DNA of 64,000 nt from a virus. The notes beneath the pieces are model-generated. The model was not told the DNA's origin and did not search any database. It saw only the letters and a list, made by a program, of their open reading frames with translations. Each line of letters starts with the position of its first letter. Within the stretch, counting starts at the first letter, position 1. Location of the stretch: IMG/VR virus record IMGVR_UViG_2861452123_000001, positions 13,139-77,138 of that record. One strand, 5' to 3'. Positions 50,001 through 59,142 of this stretch are shown piece by piece. Position numbers and translations under genes: made by a program.

Positions 50001-53000
50001 CAACGCCTGCTGCGCAAGAGGGCTCAGTTGACGAGGTCCGGCCGCAGTCTGTGAGACGCTGAGGTTTAGAGCACCCTGAGCGGCGTTCTGCTCATGGGTG
50101 TTCTGCAGCACCTGAGTGACGCCGAACAGATCCTTGCCCGCAGGCGACAGTGAGTTGGCGACCTTCGCGAGATCAGGGATGACAATGGGAACCGCGCCGC
50201 CACGGCCATTGGAGACCGTCTTCGGGTGGCTGATCGCGTCGTTGACCTTCTTCGACTCAGCGTCATACCCGGCACCGGCTCGCGCCAGATCCAGTGGCGT
50301 GATGCCGTACGCGTCGAACTTCGCCTTGTTGTTCTTGTACTCGTCAGTCGCCTCGATCTGGTTCGCCAGATCCTGCGTGCGAGCGTCCTGGTCCTTCTGG
50401 AACTGTGCCGCCTGATTCGGGGCCGCAGCAGTGATCGTGGTCGTGCGCTGGTTCAGGCCCAGGCGGGACATCGCGTCGGCCGGAATGAAATTGGAGTCGA
50501 CGCCAGGGATCGGAGTCGCCGACTTGAACTGCTTGAGAGTGTCGTTCAGCGACTGCGACGTGAACCCGCCAGTGGTCGAGTCCAGCGTCGTCGCGAGGTT
50601 CTTGAGGGCGTCATCCTGCGCCTTCGCGTCACGCGCAGCGTTGCGGTGAGCCTCGCCCAGCTTCTCCACCAAAGTGGTGACGGCGAGGAGTCCGACAGAC
50701 AGCAGTGCGGGGCCAGCCAGCGCACCAGCCAGGCCCTTGAGGCGCGTACCCAGGGAGCCGACGCTCGACCCGTTGACCTTCTCGCCGGTCTCCTCGGCGG
50801 TCTGAGCAACCGTGTTCAGCTTGCCGGTGACGATGTCCGACGACGAACCGACCTCATTGAACGCAGAGACGAACGTGCGAGCCCGAGTCGTGGTGCCAGC
50901 AGTCTTCGTGCCGACGTTGCCGACCGCAGTCGCAGTCTTGCCCGCCTGCTTCTCGCTCGAAGCCATCGCGGTCTCGGCGTCACCAAGCGCCTTGGTCGAT
51001 TCCCCGGTGGAGGACGTTGCCTTCTTTTCGGCTTCATCGAACTTGGTGACCGTATCCGCTGCAGCCGTTGTCTTCTCGGCCAGAGCATCGGTCTCCTCGG
51101 CCAGTTTCTTCGCGGCCTCTGCAGCAGCCGCTAGGTCAGTGCCGCGCCATGCCTGGGCAACCCGGCGCTCTCCCTCAGCCTTGTCCTGCGGCTGAACCAA
51201 TGAGGTCTCGCCGAGACCCTGTGGCTTGTACACCACGCGAGGAGGGGCCTGGTTGTAGTTGGCCGGATTCAGGCCAGCCGACGCCATGAGGGCGCGAACC
51301 TGCTGCGCGGCATCAGCACTAGGCAGTACCTGGCCAGCGACACCTCGCGCAGTCAGCAGCGACCGGTTCTGCGCACGCTGGATCGGAGCCGGAACAGGAG
51401 AGACCACCTGGACCTGACGCTCAATGGCCGCCCGCTGGGCTGCAATGGCAACCTGGCGAGCCTTCTCGTCAGCGACCTGACGGTTTGCCATTCCCTTGTA
51501 GATAGACTCAGCCCGAGCGAGATTCGCATCTTCCGACACCTGGCGCAGGGCTGCCGCCTGAGCGTCATTGCGCTTCGAGACACCAACGACCGAGCCAGCA
51601 ACAGTGCCGCCGCCGATGTCTGCCATCGCAGCACGCGTCTCGACAGCCTCGCCCTTGAGGCGCTTCAGGCTGTCGGCCGTCGCCTGGATTCCGGCCACGT
51701 TGCGGAACGGGCTGTTCTGCGAGGCAGCAGCAGCGACGATCTTGTTATAGTTCGACCACGCGCCTGTGACGCCCTCGATGATCGGCTTGACGGTCTTGAA
51801 CGTCAGGTACGTCTCCAACAGCGTGCCGAGCAGGCCCGTGTTGCGCTGGATGAAATCAGCTGCCTTGAGCAGAGATCCGGCGACCTCAAAGAACGCCCCC
51901 GACCAGTCGCGAGCAATGTCGCGGACCTCGCCGAGGAAAGGAGCCATCTGCTTGACGGCGTTAGTGATCTGACCGATGAAAACCTTGGCCTGCTGGAAGT
52001 AATCGGCCAGGCCGGTCTTGCCCTTCTGGGTGTTTAGCAGCGCAGCAAGCTGTCCGGTCGCATCCTCCAGCGTCTTGACGAAGCCGCCCTGGTGACCCGA
52101 CACCTTGTCGAATGCCTCGCCAATCGAGGTCATGATCGAGCCGATATTCACCGCAGCGTTGCCGATGGAGTCAACAGCCTTGAGGCCGTTGTCAATCCAC
52201 TTGTCCAGAGCGCCGTTGCCCGAGATCTTCTCGGTCCATGCATCGAAGCGCGTGAAGACCTTCTCGGCAGCCGCACCGATACGCGGCAGGAAGTCAGCCG
52301 ACTCCTTAGTCAGACGGGCAACACCCTCGACCAGGGGGTTCATCGCCCGTGAGAAGTTCTGCAGCCCACCGCTGGTGTCGCCGAAGATGCGCTGCACCAG
52401 AGTCTGATTGGTGTCGCTACCCAGCGACTCCGCGATGGACTTGAAGTTCGCGTTCAGCCCCGACGCGACACGCGACAGGCCGATCTCCAGGCCAGGCAGG
52501 GAACGCTGACCGAGGTTGATGACAGCCTTGTCGATTCCGTCGAACAGGTTGTTCTGGACCGACGTAGTCAGCTGCTTCCAGGCACCCTTGAACGACAGGA
52601 CGGCATTGATCGCCGACTGAGCATGCGGAGCCAGCTTCGCCAGCTGCGTAGCGAACGTGTCTGCGCCAAGGTTCTTCTGGTTGACCTTGTCCTGCGCATC
52701 GGCGATGCGATCCAGGGCCTGGACAACCGAATCTGAGCCCGCGACACCCTTCGCGTTCGCATCAGCTGCGTCCTGCGACGTGCGCTGAGCCTTCACCCGC
52801 ACGTCCTGCAGGTGATCAATCGCCTCCAGGTAATCGATCTGGTCGCGCTTCAGTTCAGTGATCGAACGCTGCCCGCCCTGACGGAGCTTGTCGGCAGCCT
52901 CCTGCACGCTCAGCACCGCGTCCGCAACGTTCAGGCTCGACCGGCGGTTCTCCGAGTTCAGATCCTGGATCGAGCGGATCGTGTCGCGGACAGCCGACTT

Positions 53001-53555
53001 GTAGTCGCTGTACGAGCGGGACAGATCGCGGTTAGCCTTCTGCTGATCCTGAGCCGCCTTCGTGGCATCCTTCTGGTCAGTCGAGAACGCCTTGAACGTG
53101 GCCGAAATACCAGTCATGCCAATGGCAAGAGCGCCCACCGACGCCAGAGCGCCACCCAAGATGCCGGGGAGCGCCAGACCGGCCTCAGCCAACGCATCTA
53201 GGCCCGACGCAGCACTGCCAGCCGCATACGCGAGAGCTGGCAGGGCGTCGAGCCCAACAACCTTGATTTGCAGGCGAAGTGCCTGAGAAAGCGAGTTACG
53301 CTTGAAGATGTGCTCGACCTGTGTCAGGTCGCGCTTGAACGCCTGAAAGTCGGCACGGACAGGGACATTGACTGCGTTGAGACGCTGGCGTGCCCGCCAC
53401 GCGTCCATCTCCGCGTCAGCCTTGGCGAAGTTCGGATCGAGCCCAATCTCGATGGGCTTGAACCGCATCTCCCTGAGCTGACGATCCGCACTCGTCTTGA
53501 ACCCCGTTAGAGTGGGGATGATGCGGATTGCAGCCTCGCCCGCGAGGGTGGCCAT
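47001..53555 (-). CDS. Tape measure protein with NlpC/P60 and lytic-transglycosylase-like domains
   Basis: 2184 aa, Ala-rich helices; PYQWGG...DCSG...EHTG; LVQGESSWDPTARNGNAFGLFQF. Confidence 0.96.
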   Translation of the reverse strand: MATLAGEAAIRIIPTLTGFKTSADRQLREMRFKPIEIGLDPNFAKADAEMDAWRARQRLNAVNVPVRADFQAFKRDLTQVEHIFKRNSLSQALRLQIKVVGLDALPALAYAAGSAASGLDALAEAGLALPGILGGALASVGALAIGMTGISATFKAFSTDQKDATKAAQDQQKANRDLSRSYSDYKSAVRDTIRSIQDLNSENRRSSLNVADAVLSVQEAADKLRQGGQRSITELKRDQIDYLEAIDHLQDVRVKAQRTSQDAADANAKGVAGSDSVVQALDRIADAQDKVNQKNLGADTFATQLAKLAPHAQSAINAVLSFKGAWKQLTTSVQNNLFDGIDKAVINLGQRSLPGLEIGLSRVASGLNANFKSIAESLGSDTNQTLVQRIFGDTSGGLQNFSRAMNPLVEGVARLTKESADFLPRIGAAAEKVFTRFDAWTEKISGNGALDKWIDNGLKAVDSIGNAAVNIGSIMTSIGEAFDKVSGHQGGFVKTLEDATGQLAALLNTQKGKTGLADYFQQAKVFIGQITNAVKQMAPFLGEVRDIARDWSGAFFEVAGSLLKAADFIQRNTGLLGTLLETYLTFKTVKPIIEGVTGAWSNYNKIVAAAASQNSPFRNVAGIQATADSLKRLKGEAVETRAAMADIGGGTVAGSVVGVSKRNDAQAAALRQVSEDANLARAESIYKGMANRQVADEKARQVAIAAQRAAIERQVQVVSPVPAPIQRAQNRSLLTARGVAGQVLPSADAAQQVRALMASAGLNPANYNQAPPRVVYKPQGLGETSLVQPQDKAEGERRVAQAWRGTDLAAAAEAAKKLAEETDALAEKTTAAADTVTKFDEAEKKATSSTGESTKALGDAETAMASSEKQAGKTATAVGNVGTKTAGTTTRARTFVSAFNEVGSSSDIVTGKLNTVAQTAEETGEKVNGSSVGSLGTRLKGLAGALAGPALLSVGLLAVTTLVEKLGEAHRNAARDAKAQDDALKNLATTLDSTTGGFTSQSLNDTLKQFKSATPIPGVDSNFIPADAMSRLGLNQRTTTITAAAPNQAAQFQKDQDARTQDLANQIEATDEYKNNKAKFDAYGITPLDLARAGAGYDAESKKVNDAISHPKTVSNGRGGAVPIVIPDLAKVANSLSPAGKDLFGVTQVLQNTHEQNAAQGALNLSVSQTAAGPRQLSPLAQQALGQYGIAPGSQTLTVGGEGQIQLNQNPGIAAEKALGDQYGITFSQPDPTGVVTVTIPPDITDQWLPRISGFYANGGLVGGIGGPTSDSNLAMVSRGEHIARAAAVQHYGVGLFDALNNQQIPREAIPGLAGGGWWPLSPPPVIPPTPAPAPAPGGLLPGLGTSTSPAPGPGLTGLLSGVAGGAPLPSAPVLGPPMPAAPPAPPAPPVAPPTAPATPTPPVAPAAPAGPTQSITDPGLTAPGVTLTGTPTENVPTYTPGTTPPVTPDIPTTPTPEVQVPNSPIYSVATNPFTGQSQLAMSGPTATRIQQFAQAVAGKVPYQWGGFSAEGMDCSGLAAALANIATGQDPFAGGRFATGNEGEALAQRGFIAGDGGPGTLTIGWNGEHTGITLPSGEHIDAQGTATGIVLGQGSQGATGFPNVMHLPLPDNGTLSALSASGGLGLSLPGGAGGGKKQSPQEYLAGLANNVGGSLSSIGLQFLDGITGINFSGIAGFGQGVANDIIGNGQFGGANSSDSTGIADQAISDNLNGVAGVSPELNGLLGAAGFGSDPNAGNGPEANGSDPKTVVHKAMLAAGFQESEWPALEKLVQGESSWDPTARNGNAFGLFQFKGHENDEFGAMGAYSQDPYSQAVAGMAYIKSRYGTPTAAYQHWLAQSPHSYATGGMGAAGPAWLSKGEYRTNAAATKYYGPGLFNALNSMSMPRFATGGWPGGGNGGNVNPRRMSIGHFAGGGWPLMPPPPVPAPGGGAPNGPMPIAPPAPPEPALGAPGQPGPNGALPGPAAPGLAPPGVGDQGSPSTGGALGPGATAPAPDPGATPQVSDALTAIGGLGQAIGGGGGAVGQGQPGADPSSQVDPRATLGAAPTSSDHTLPAISSGIQGAASTLGSIASTAASLAGNAFAPGAGSAAGAGIQAGFQIGGQVATGVANVISSLLVGTATGGSTSSASGVPLLPARQAQTPVAPVYQKVHNGDVNVTSFDDLKRTQDRLDSQQQMPYINKFG

Positions 53556-53557
53556 GG

Positions 53558-54393
53558 TTAAGACCCCTTAGCTGCCTTAGCCCGCCGCTGTTCGGCCCGC
53601 TCACGGTTGCGCTGACTGCGCTTCTGGGCGGCCTCAACAGCAGAGACGGTCTTGATGATTTTCCGCTGAGTGCGCAGCTCCAAGCCCGGAATAATGGGGC
53701 GTGGCAACTGCTTTCCGATCTGCAGCTCAATCAGAGTCTTGAGCAGTGAGATCGTTTCTGTATGTCCGAAAATCCTCGGACGACGCGGACCATCGTCAGA
53801 GTCCTTGCGAGACCCCATCCACTCGATAGTCTCTGGGTCGGTAAGGACAGCTTCGTTGGTCAAGCTCCCTGGAATGTTCATCAGGGTGTCGAAATAGCCG
53901 AGCAGCTCCTCGATGGGGCGCTTGCGCTGCCACCAAGGAGTGCCATCGGCCTTGGAACCTACTAGCTCCCAGTGGAAGTACTCGTAGGCCGAGAAGTTCA
54001 GAATGTGCTGGCAGTCCCAGCAGATCGCTGACCAATAGCGGTCAACGATCTTGATCAGTTTCCCAGTTGCTCTTCGCCGGTAGTCCCGAACATGTGCTTG
54101 AGGTAGAGAACGTTGAAGTTCTCCCAGACGTGCTGCGGCAGAGCGTCGAACAGCTCATGCACGGCGTCGTACTGGTCTCCGAAGAGGGCCCGCTCCCCTG
54201 CCTCGACAGTGGTGGCTGCACGCCACGCGTCGATCTGGGTCTTCGTCGGCTCCAGGAGAGTGATCCCCTTGACCACCAGCGGCGGTACGTGGTTCTCGGT
54301 CTGGAGCTTCGCCCAGATCTCGTCTACCTCGTCAACCGCGTTGGTCTCTGCATCGCGCACCGCTGCTGCGGCTGCGCCCTTTACTGCTGCCAT
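53558..54393 (-). CDS. Tail assembly chaperone, -1 frameshift product (gpGT)
   Basis: G GGA AAC slippery site at 54064-54058; -1 frame open (LIKIVDRYW...) into ORF 53558-53881. Confidence 0.9.
54055..54393 (-). CDS. Tail assembly chaperone (gpG)
   Basis: Between the major tail and tape measure genes. Confidence 0.92.
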   Translation of the reverse strand: MAAVKGAAAAAVRDAETNAVDEVDEIWAKLQTENHVPPLVVKGITLLEPTKTQIDAWRAATTVEAGERALFGDQYDAVHELFDALPQHVWENFNVLYLKHMFGTTGEEQLGN

Positions 54394-54436
54394 TCGATCT
54401 GCTCCGTTCGAATTTGATTGTGTTTACTGCGCTTGG

Positions 54437-54476
54437 AAACCCCGGTCCCCCAACCGAAGTCGGGGAACCGGGGCTC
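54437..54476 (-). terminator. Hairpin / weak terminator after the major tail gene
   Basis: GAGCCCCGGTTCCCC...GGGGACCGGGGTTTC. Confidence 0.6.
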
Positions 54477-54486
54477 AAGAGTTGGG

Positions 54487-55389
54487 TCAGCTGACGGTGA
54501 AGCTGATGGTCGCGGTCTTGCCTGCGTACGACGCGGTCACCGTTGCGGTACCGGCCAGCAGAGGCGTCACCAGTCCGGTCTTGTCGACCTTCACAATGGT
54601 CGGGCCAGTGGTGACCGTGTACTTCGCCAGAGGCGTGTAGTTGATGCCGTTGTTGGCGGTCACGGTGACCTGGCCGGTCTCAACAGTCGACAGGGTCAGG
54701 GCGGTGTCGACGGCGTGCGCAGTCAGCGAGGCGACTGGGGCCACGAAGCCGGTCTTGTCGACCAGCTTCAGCCAGCCTGGGCCACACCAACCCTGCAGAA
54801 CGGCGAACCCGAGGTCCGAGTCCTTGAACGCCTGGAAGGTCATCCCGTACGTGTAGGCGTCGTCGTCCTTGCTGTCCTGCGAGTCGACATCGACCAGCTT
54901 GACGCGAGGCATGATGTAGTACGTGAACAGGTCAGCACCGTTCACGTCGTCGGCCGCAACCAGGTAGGCGCGGTAGTAGACGTTGTCCGGCAGGGTCGGA
55001 GCGATGATGGTCACGCCACCGTTCGCCGACACGGTCAGGTTCGTCTCATCGAAGACAGTGCCCCAGAACTTCTCCAGGACAACCTTGTTGGTCTCCAGGA
55101 AGTTCGCCTTGAACTTAACCGAACGCTTGGAGATGATGGTGCGGACGGGCTCCGCGTCTCCGTAGCCCTCGATGTCCTTCGAGGTGATGTCGTGGGTCAG
55201 CGACACACCCGCGCTCTTCTCGATGACGCCCGCCGACTCGGCGGTCTCGGGCAGGATCAGCTCACCAGTGGTGAGATCCTCCAGGGTCTGTACGGCATCG
55301 TTATCGATGTCATCGAACAGAATCGCGAAGTGCAGGTTGGCACGGACCAGCTCGTTGTGGGCGTCCCGAATGGTCTCGAAATCAGCCAT
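54487..55389 (-). CDS. Major tail protein with C-terminal Ig-like domain
   Basis: DIEGYGDAEPVRTII...; C-terminal VDKTGLVTPLLAGTATVTASY. Confidence 0.92.
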   Translation of the reverse strand: MADFETIRDAHNELVRANLHFAILFDDIDNDAVQTLEDLTTGELILPETAESAGVIEKSAGVSLTHDITSKDIEGYGDAEPVRTIISKRSVKFKANFLETNKVVLEKFWGTVFDETNLTVSANGGVTIIAPTLPDNVYYRAYLVAADDVNGADLFTYYIMPRVKLVDVDSQDSKDDDAYTYGMTFQAFKDSDLGFAVLQGWCGPGWLKLVDKTGFVAPVASLTAHAVDTALTLSTVETGQVTVTANNGINYTPLAKYTVTTGPTIVKVDKTGLVTPLLAGTATVTASYAGKTATISFTVS

Positions 55390-55404
55390 TGTGTTTGAAT
55401 CCTC

Positions 55405-55929
55405 TTATCGGGGAAGGGTGTTCAAGACCTTGCGGTAGTTCGGCAGAGACTCCGATTCGCGGAGGCCGATCTTGAACGTGACGGGGATGAACTTTTCGTC
55501 CACTAGGCGCTCAGGGATGAGCTGCGGACCAAGCCACTCAGCGGAAGACTTGATGGAAGATGAAGTGCCGTCCGAGAGAACGACTTCCACTCCCTTGCAG
55601 ACCGGCTCCTCCAACATGCGTCGGATGAACTCGATCAACTCCCACGACTCCTTGCGAGTCGGTGTGATGGCCGCGATCTGGACGAGAGCGAAGTCGATGC
55701 GAGTGTCTTCGTCGCTCTTTCCTGGCTGACGCCAAACCCGCAGAGTCGGCTGCGTACCTCCGACCGGCTGGCCGGGACTCAGCACGTAATGGCCCTCAGG
55801 GAGCCACGTGCAAACGAAGACCTTGTCTCCGAGGAGCCACCGAAAGTACTGGCAAACCAGATCTTCGGCGTCTGTGTATCCGCCCTCGTACCAATCAGGC
55901 AGTTCCAACATCGGAATGGGATCGGTCAT
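55405..55929 (-). CDS. Tail terminator protein
   Basis: Synteny; LPDWYEGGYTDAE. Confidence 0.8.
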   Translation of the reverse strand: MTDPIPMLELPDWYEGGYTDAEDLVCQYFRWLLGDKVFVCTWLPEGHYVLSPGQPVGGTQPTLRVWRQPGKSDEDTRIDFALVQIAAITPTRKESWELIEFIRRMLEEPVCKGVEVVLSDGTSSSIKSSAEWLGPQLIPERLVDEKFIPVTFKIGLRESESLPNYRKVLNTLPR

Positions 55930-56336
55930 ATGCGAGGCAGGTGTTCGTATAGGGCACCGCGCAGGTCGCCGGAACCCTCGTAGATCGAGTTGTTCTGGCC
56001 CGGTGCGGGCGAGTGACGGCCGAACTCATCGGCCACGGCGTAGGGGACGGCGACGGTGATCTGACCGATCCAACGGTCGCCCTCGTAGCCGCCGATGAAT
56101 ACTTCGGCGCGAGTCGAACTCTCCATCAGGCCGGGATGCTCATCGTCGGCGTGCTTACGGGAGATCAGGCGAGTCATGTAGGACTCGTAGACCTTGCCCG
56201 TCCACTCAGCCGTGATGTTGAAAAGCCGAGGGCCGACGAGGATCTCAGTGAAAGCTGGGTTGTGCTTCTTGTAGAAGTAAGCGACGTTGCCGTACAGGGC
56301 GGGCTGCAGAGGTTCCTCTTCAGCTACCTGGAGCAC
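55926..56336 (-). CDS. Neck / tail-completion protein
   Basis: Synteny. Confidence 0.75.
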   Translation of the reverse strand: MLQVAEEEPLQPALYGNVAYFYKKHNPAFTEILVGPRLFNITAEWTGKVYESYMTRLISRKHADDEHPGLMESSTRAEVFIGGYEGDRWIGQITVAVPYAVADEFGRHSPAPGQNNSIYEGSGDLRGALYEHLPRI

Positions 56337-56721
56337 CGGCCGTTCCTTCCACCTCCACCCATGTGAACTCGGGCTTCGTGCCAGTACGCTGATTCGCGTA
56401 GATCCACAAGGGCTTGGAGATCACCCGAAAGACGGTGCCGTCGATCAGGATTCGATCTCCGAAACGAACTCGGATGGGCTGCTTGTTCGGGATCCCGATC
56501 TGACCGCTTGTGTCAGAGGACTCCTGGCGCTGCAGCGAAGGGCTGGCGCTCAAGCCGCCGGTGATGATGCCGTGGATCGTGCCGACCTCAGTGCCCTCGG
56601 CACCGACGCGGATAACGTTCCCGTCGTCATCGACAGGGTCACCATGCGCATTGCGCTTCGCAGCCCGGTAGACAACTCCGGTTGCGCCGCGCTGCGTCAT
56701 AGGTGATCTGCCTCGAACCAC
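56320..56721 (-). CDS. Head-tail stopper / adaptor
   Basis: Synteny; GDRILIDG..F.V. Confidence 0.8.
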   Translation of the reverse strand: MVRGRSPMTQRGATGVVYRAAKRNAHGDPVDDDGNVIRVGAEGTEVGTIHGIITGGLSASPSLQRQESSDTSGQIGIPNKQPIRVRFGDRILIDGTVFRVISKPLWIYANQRTGTKPEFTWVEVEGTAGAPGS

Positions 56722-57179
56722 CCTGGCTCACCAGGGTTGAAGTAAGGGAGTGGCTTGTTGCCTGGACCCATACCGATGTAGCCCAGAGCAAAACAGGGGT
56801 CATCGCGGTAGGTGCTCACGGTGAACAAGCCGCCGCCGGGGCGGTAGTACTTGAGGGCCTTCTCCTCAGGGGCCGTGAAGAACCCTGGCGGATAGGCGAG
56901 TTGGTTGTACGAGGTCGACTCGGGCCCGCGCACCTCGTAGGTGACACGGCGTGGGTTCTCGAACTCACGCCGTGCCGCCCCGAGAATGATGCCTCGTACG
57001 GTGATCGGGAAGGAGTCGTCGTCGCGGTCAGGCCATAGCTTGCCCGAGATCTGACGTGCCCACCCGCTGGCTACGCGGATGATGAACGCTGCACGGGCAG
57101 AGTCGTCCGAATCGAACGTCTCGCCCATCCAGGTTGCGAGTTCCGCCGTTGTAGCGAGCGAGTCTGGGAAGTCAGACAC
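56697..57179 (-). CDS. Head-tail connector
   Basis: Synteny; ENP...GP.S..Y. Confidence 0.82.
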   Translation of the reverse strand: MSDFPDSLATTAELATWMGETFDSDDSARAAFIIRVASGWARQISGKLWPDRDDDSFPITVRGIILGAARREFENPRRVTYEVRGPESTSYNQLAYPPGFFTAPEEKALKYYRPGGGLFTVSTYRDDPCFALGYIGMGPGNKPLPYFNPGEPGWFEADHL

Positions 57180-57191
57180 GACCTACTCCGA

Positions 57192-58364
57192 TCAGGAAAC
57201 GGTGATTGCCTTGGTCTTGGTCAGGCCATCGAAGTTCGCGGTGATGGTGGCCGAACCTGCAGCCACACCAGTCACGACACCCTTGGCGTCGACAGTGGCC
57301 TTCGTCGGATCCGACGTGGTCCAGGTGACCAGAGAGTCCCCGGCACGCTCATCACCGTTGTTGTCCTCCAGGGACAGAGCGATGGTGTTCGCGCCAGCGG
57401 TGTGGCCAACAGTGCCCGCACCAGTCAGAGTGGCGTCGGTGGCCTTGAGGTGGATACGAGTTCCACGCACGAAGTGCGGATCCTCGTCACCGTTGGCGTT
57501 CACCGGGTCCACGACGCACTTCACACCCATCCAGGTGTCCACGATGGAACGCTCGGTGGTGGAACCGCTGTCGTAGTCACCCAGCCAGCGCAGGGTCACG
57601 CCGTTCTCGGTGGCAACCGTCGAGGTGGCGACCGTGTTGGTGTACGGCTTGCTTGGCGTGCGGGTCAGCATCGCGTACGCGGTGGGGTGCGACAGGTAGC
57701 CGTCACCCTGAGCGATCTGCTCGCTGACGATCACGGGGTAGCTGCCCAGGCGACCGATGCTCGCGGTCTGCAGGCGGCTCGCGCCAGCCTCACCGGCCGA
57801 GTCGTAGCGCACGAAGCGGTCATCGAGCAGCAGCGCCTCTTCGATGGCCGAACCGACCAGCAGGAAGCGGCCGTCGACCGGCACCTCATGGGTGTTCAGG
57901 TAGCGGCGGTTCGAGATGACGCCATTCCAGATGGAGTCGGCGGCGACCGAAGTCACCTTCTCGTACGGAGCCTGCGTGATGAGGTAGGCGATGCCCGCCT
58001 CGATCTGCTTGGCCACCGAACGCACCTGGCGAGGCAGAACGTCGGTGCCGAACGAGATCACGTCCAGGTCACGCTCTTCGTCGGTCAGGTCGATGCGGTT
58101 GTAGATGACATCGGTCAGCTTCACGTCGACAGTGACCTCAGTCAGGTCACTGGTGACCATGTTTCGGTCAGCGCCGGTAGCGCGGAGCTTGCGAGTGTGG
58201 GCAATCGTGTCGACCGGGATGCGGATCGTGATCGTGTCGTTGAACTTGCCAGCGAAGTCGCCGTAGCCGTTCTTCCACACGAAGTTCGACAGCACCAGCT
58301 GATGCTGGAGCTGGTCGAGCACACTGGCGATGACCACGGCGGGCTTGATGAAGGCATTTGCCAT
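57192..58364 (-). CDS. Major capsid protein with C-terminal Ig-like (Big_2) domain
   Basis: Follows the scaffold; DTITIRIP; WTTSDPTKATVDAKGVVTGVAAG. Confidence 0.93.
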   Translation of the reverse strand: MANAFIKPAVVIASVLDQLQHQLVLSNFVWKNGYGDFAGKFNDTITIRIPVDTIAHTRKLRATGADRNMVTSDLTEVTVDVKLTDVIYNRIDLTDEERDLDVISFGTDVLPRQVRSVAKQIEAGIAYLITQAPYEKVTSVAADSIWNGVISNRRYLNTHEVPVDGRFLLVGSAIEEALLLDDRFVRYDSAGEAGASRLQTASIGRLGSYPVIVSEQIAQGDGYLSHPTAYAMLTRTPSKPYTNTVATSTVATENGVTLRWLGDYDSGSTTERSIVDTWMGVKCVVDPVNANGDEDPHFVRGTRIHLKATDATLTGAGTVGHTAGANTIALSLEDNNGDERAGDSLVTWTTSDPTKATVDAKGVVTGVAAGSATITANFDGLTKTKAITVS

Positions 58365-58403
58365 CGTGTATCTCAGTCCTTAGAGGATGGAAAGGGATTG
58401 GGG

Positions 58404-59087
58404 TCAGCGATGAACGCTGAAACCACCGTTCTTGCGGATCTCTGCGGTGGCATCGCGAATCTGTGCGATCAGTTCCTCATCGGAAGGCTCGCTGCCATTA
58501 CCGCCACCACCGCTGGATGCCGTTGTCCCGCCGCCGTTCTCGTCCCCAGCGGTTGGAGCTGGAGCCTTGGAAGGGGGAACACGCTTGCCGGTGTTCGAAC
58601 CGCCCTCACTCAGGGCGTTGAGTAGATTCGTGGCCTGCTCGCGAATCGAGTCCGCGTCACCATCGGTGAGGAAGGCCGTGAGATGAGCTGGGAGCCCTAC
58701 CTCTTCGGCGATTCCGTTGACCAGCTCCTTGCGGGCGGCCTGGGCCTTGAAGTTGCGAAGCTCTTCCAGCTCCTGCTGCGCGGCAGCCAGATTGGCGTCC
58801 CGCTTCTCGTCCTCGCTCATGGCACGTTCTGCCAGAGGCTTGAGGCGAGCAACTTCTGCCTCAAGTGTAGCATTGGTTTGCTGCAGAGGTTCGAGGTTGG
58901 CCTTGCGATCACGCGAAAGGCGCTTTGTCACCAGGTTATTCGCCCATGACTCGGCGTCTTCCTTCGTACCGAACTGCCACCAGTTGTTTGCTGCTGGGGG
59001 CGTCAGTTCACTGCCGTCTCCACCGTCCGTGACCTCGGGGGTCGTGGTCTCAGTGGTGGCTGCTCCGCCGTCGACAGGTGCGGTCAT
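58404..59087 (-). CDS. Scaffolding protein
   Basis: Acidic coiled coil before the capsid gene. Confidence 0.88.
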   Translation of the reverse strand: MTAPVDGGAATTETTTPEVTDGGDGSELTPPAANNWWQFGTKEDAESWANNLVTKRLSRDRKANLEPLQQTNATLEAEVARLKPLAERAMSEDEKRDANLAAAQQELEELRNFKAQAARKELVNGIAEEVGLPAHLTAFLTDGDADSIREQATNLLNALSEGGSNTGKRVPPSKAPAPTAGDENGGGTTASSGGGGNGSEPSDEELIAQIRDATAEIRKNGGFSVHR

Positions 59088-59142
59088 TTGTATTCTCTTC
59101 TTTCCGAACTGTTTTCGGTCGTCCGTGGAACCGTTGCCTGGC

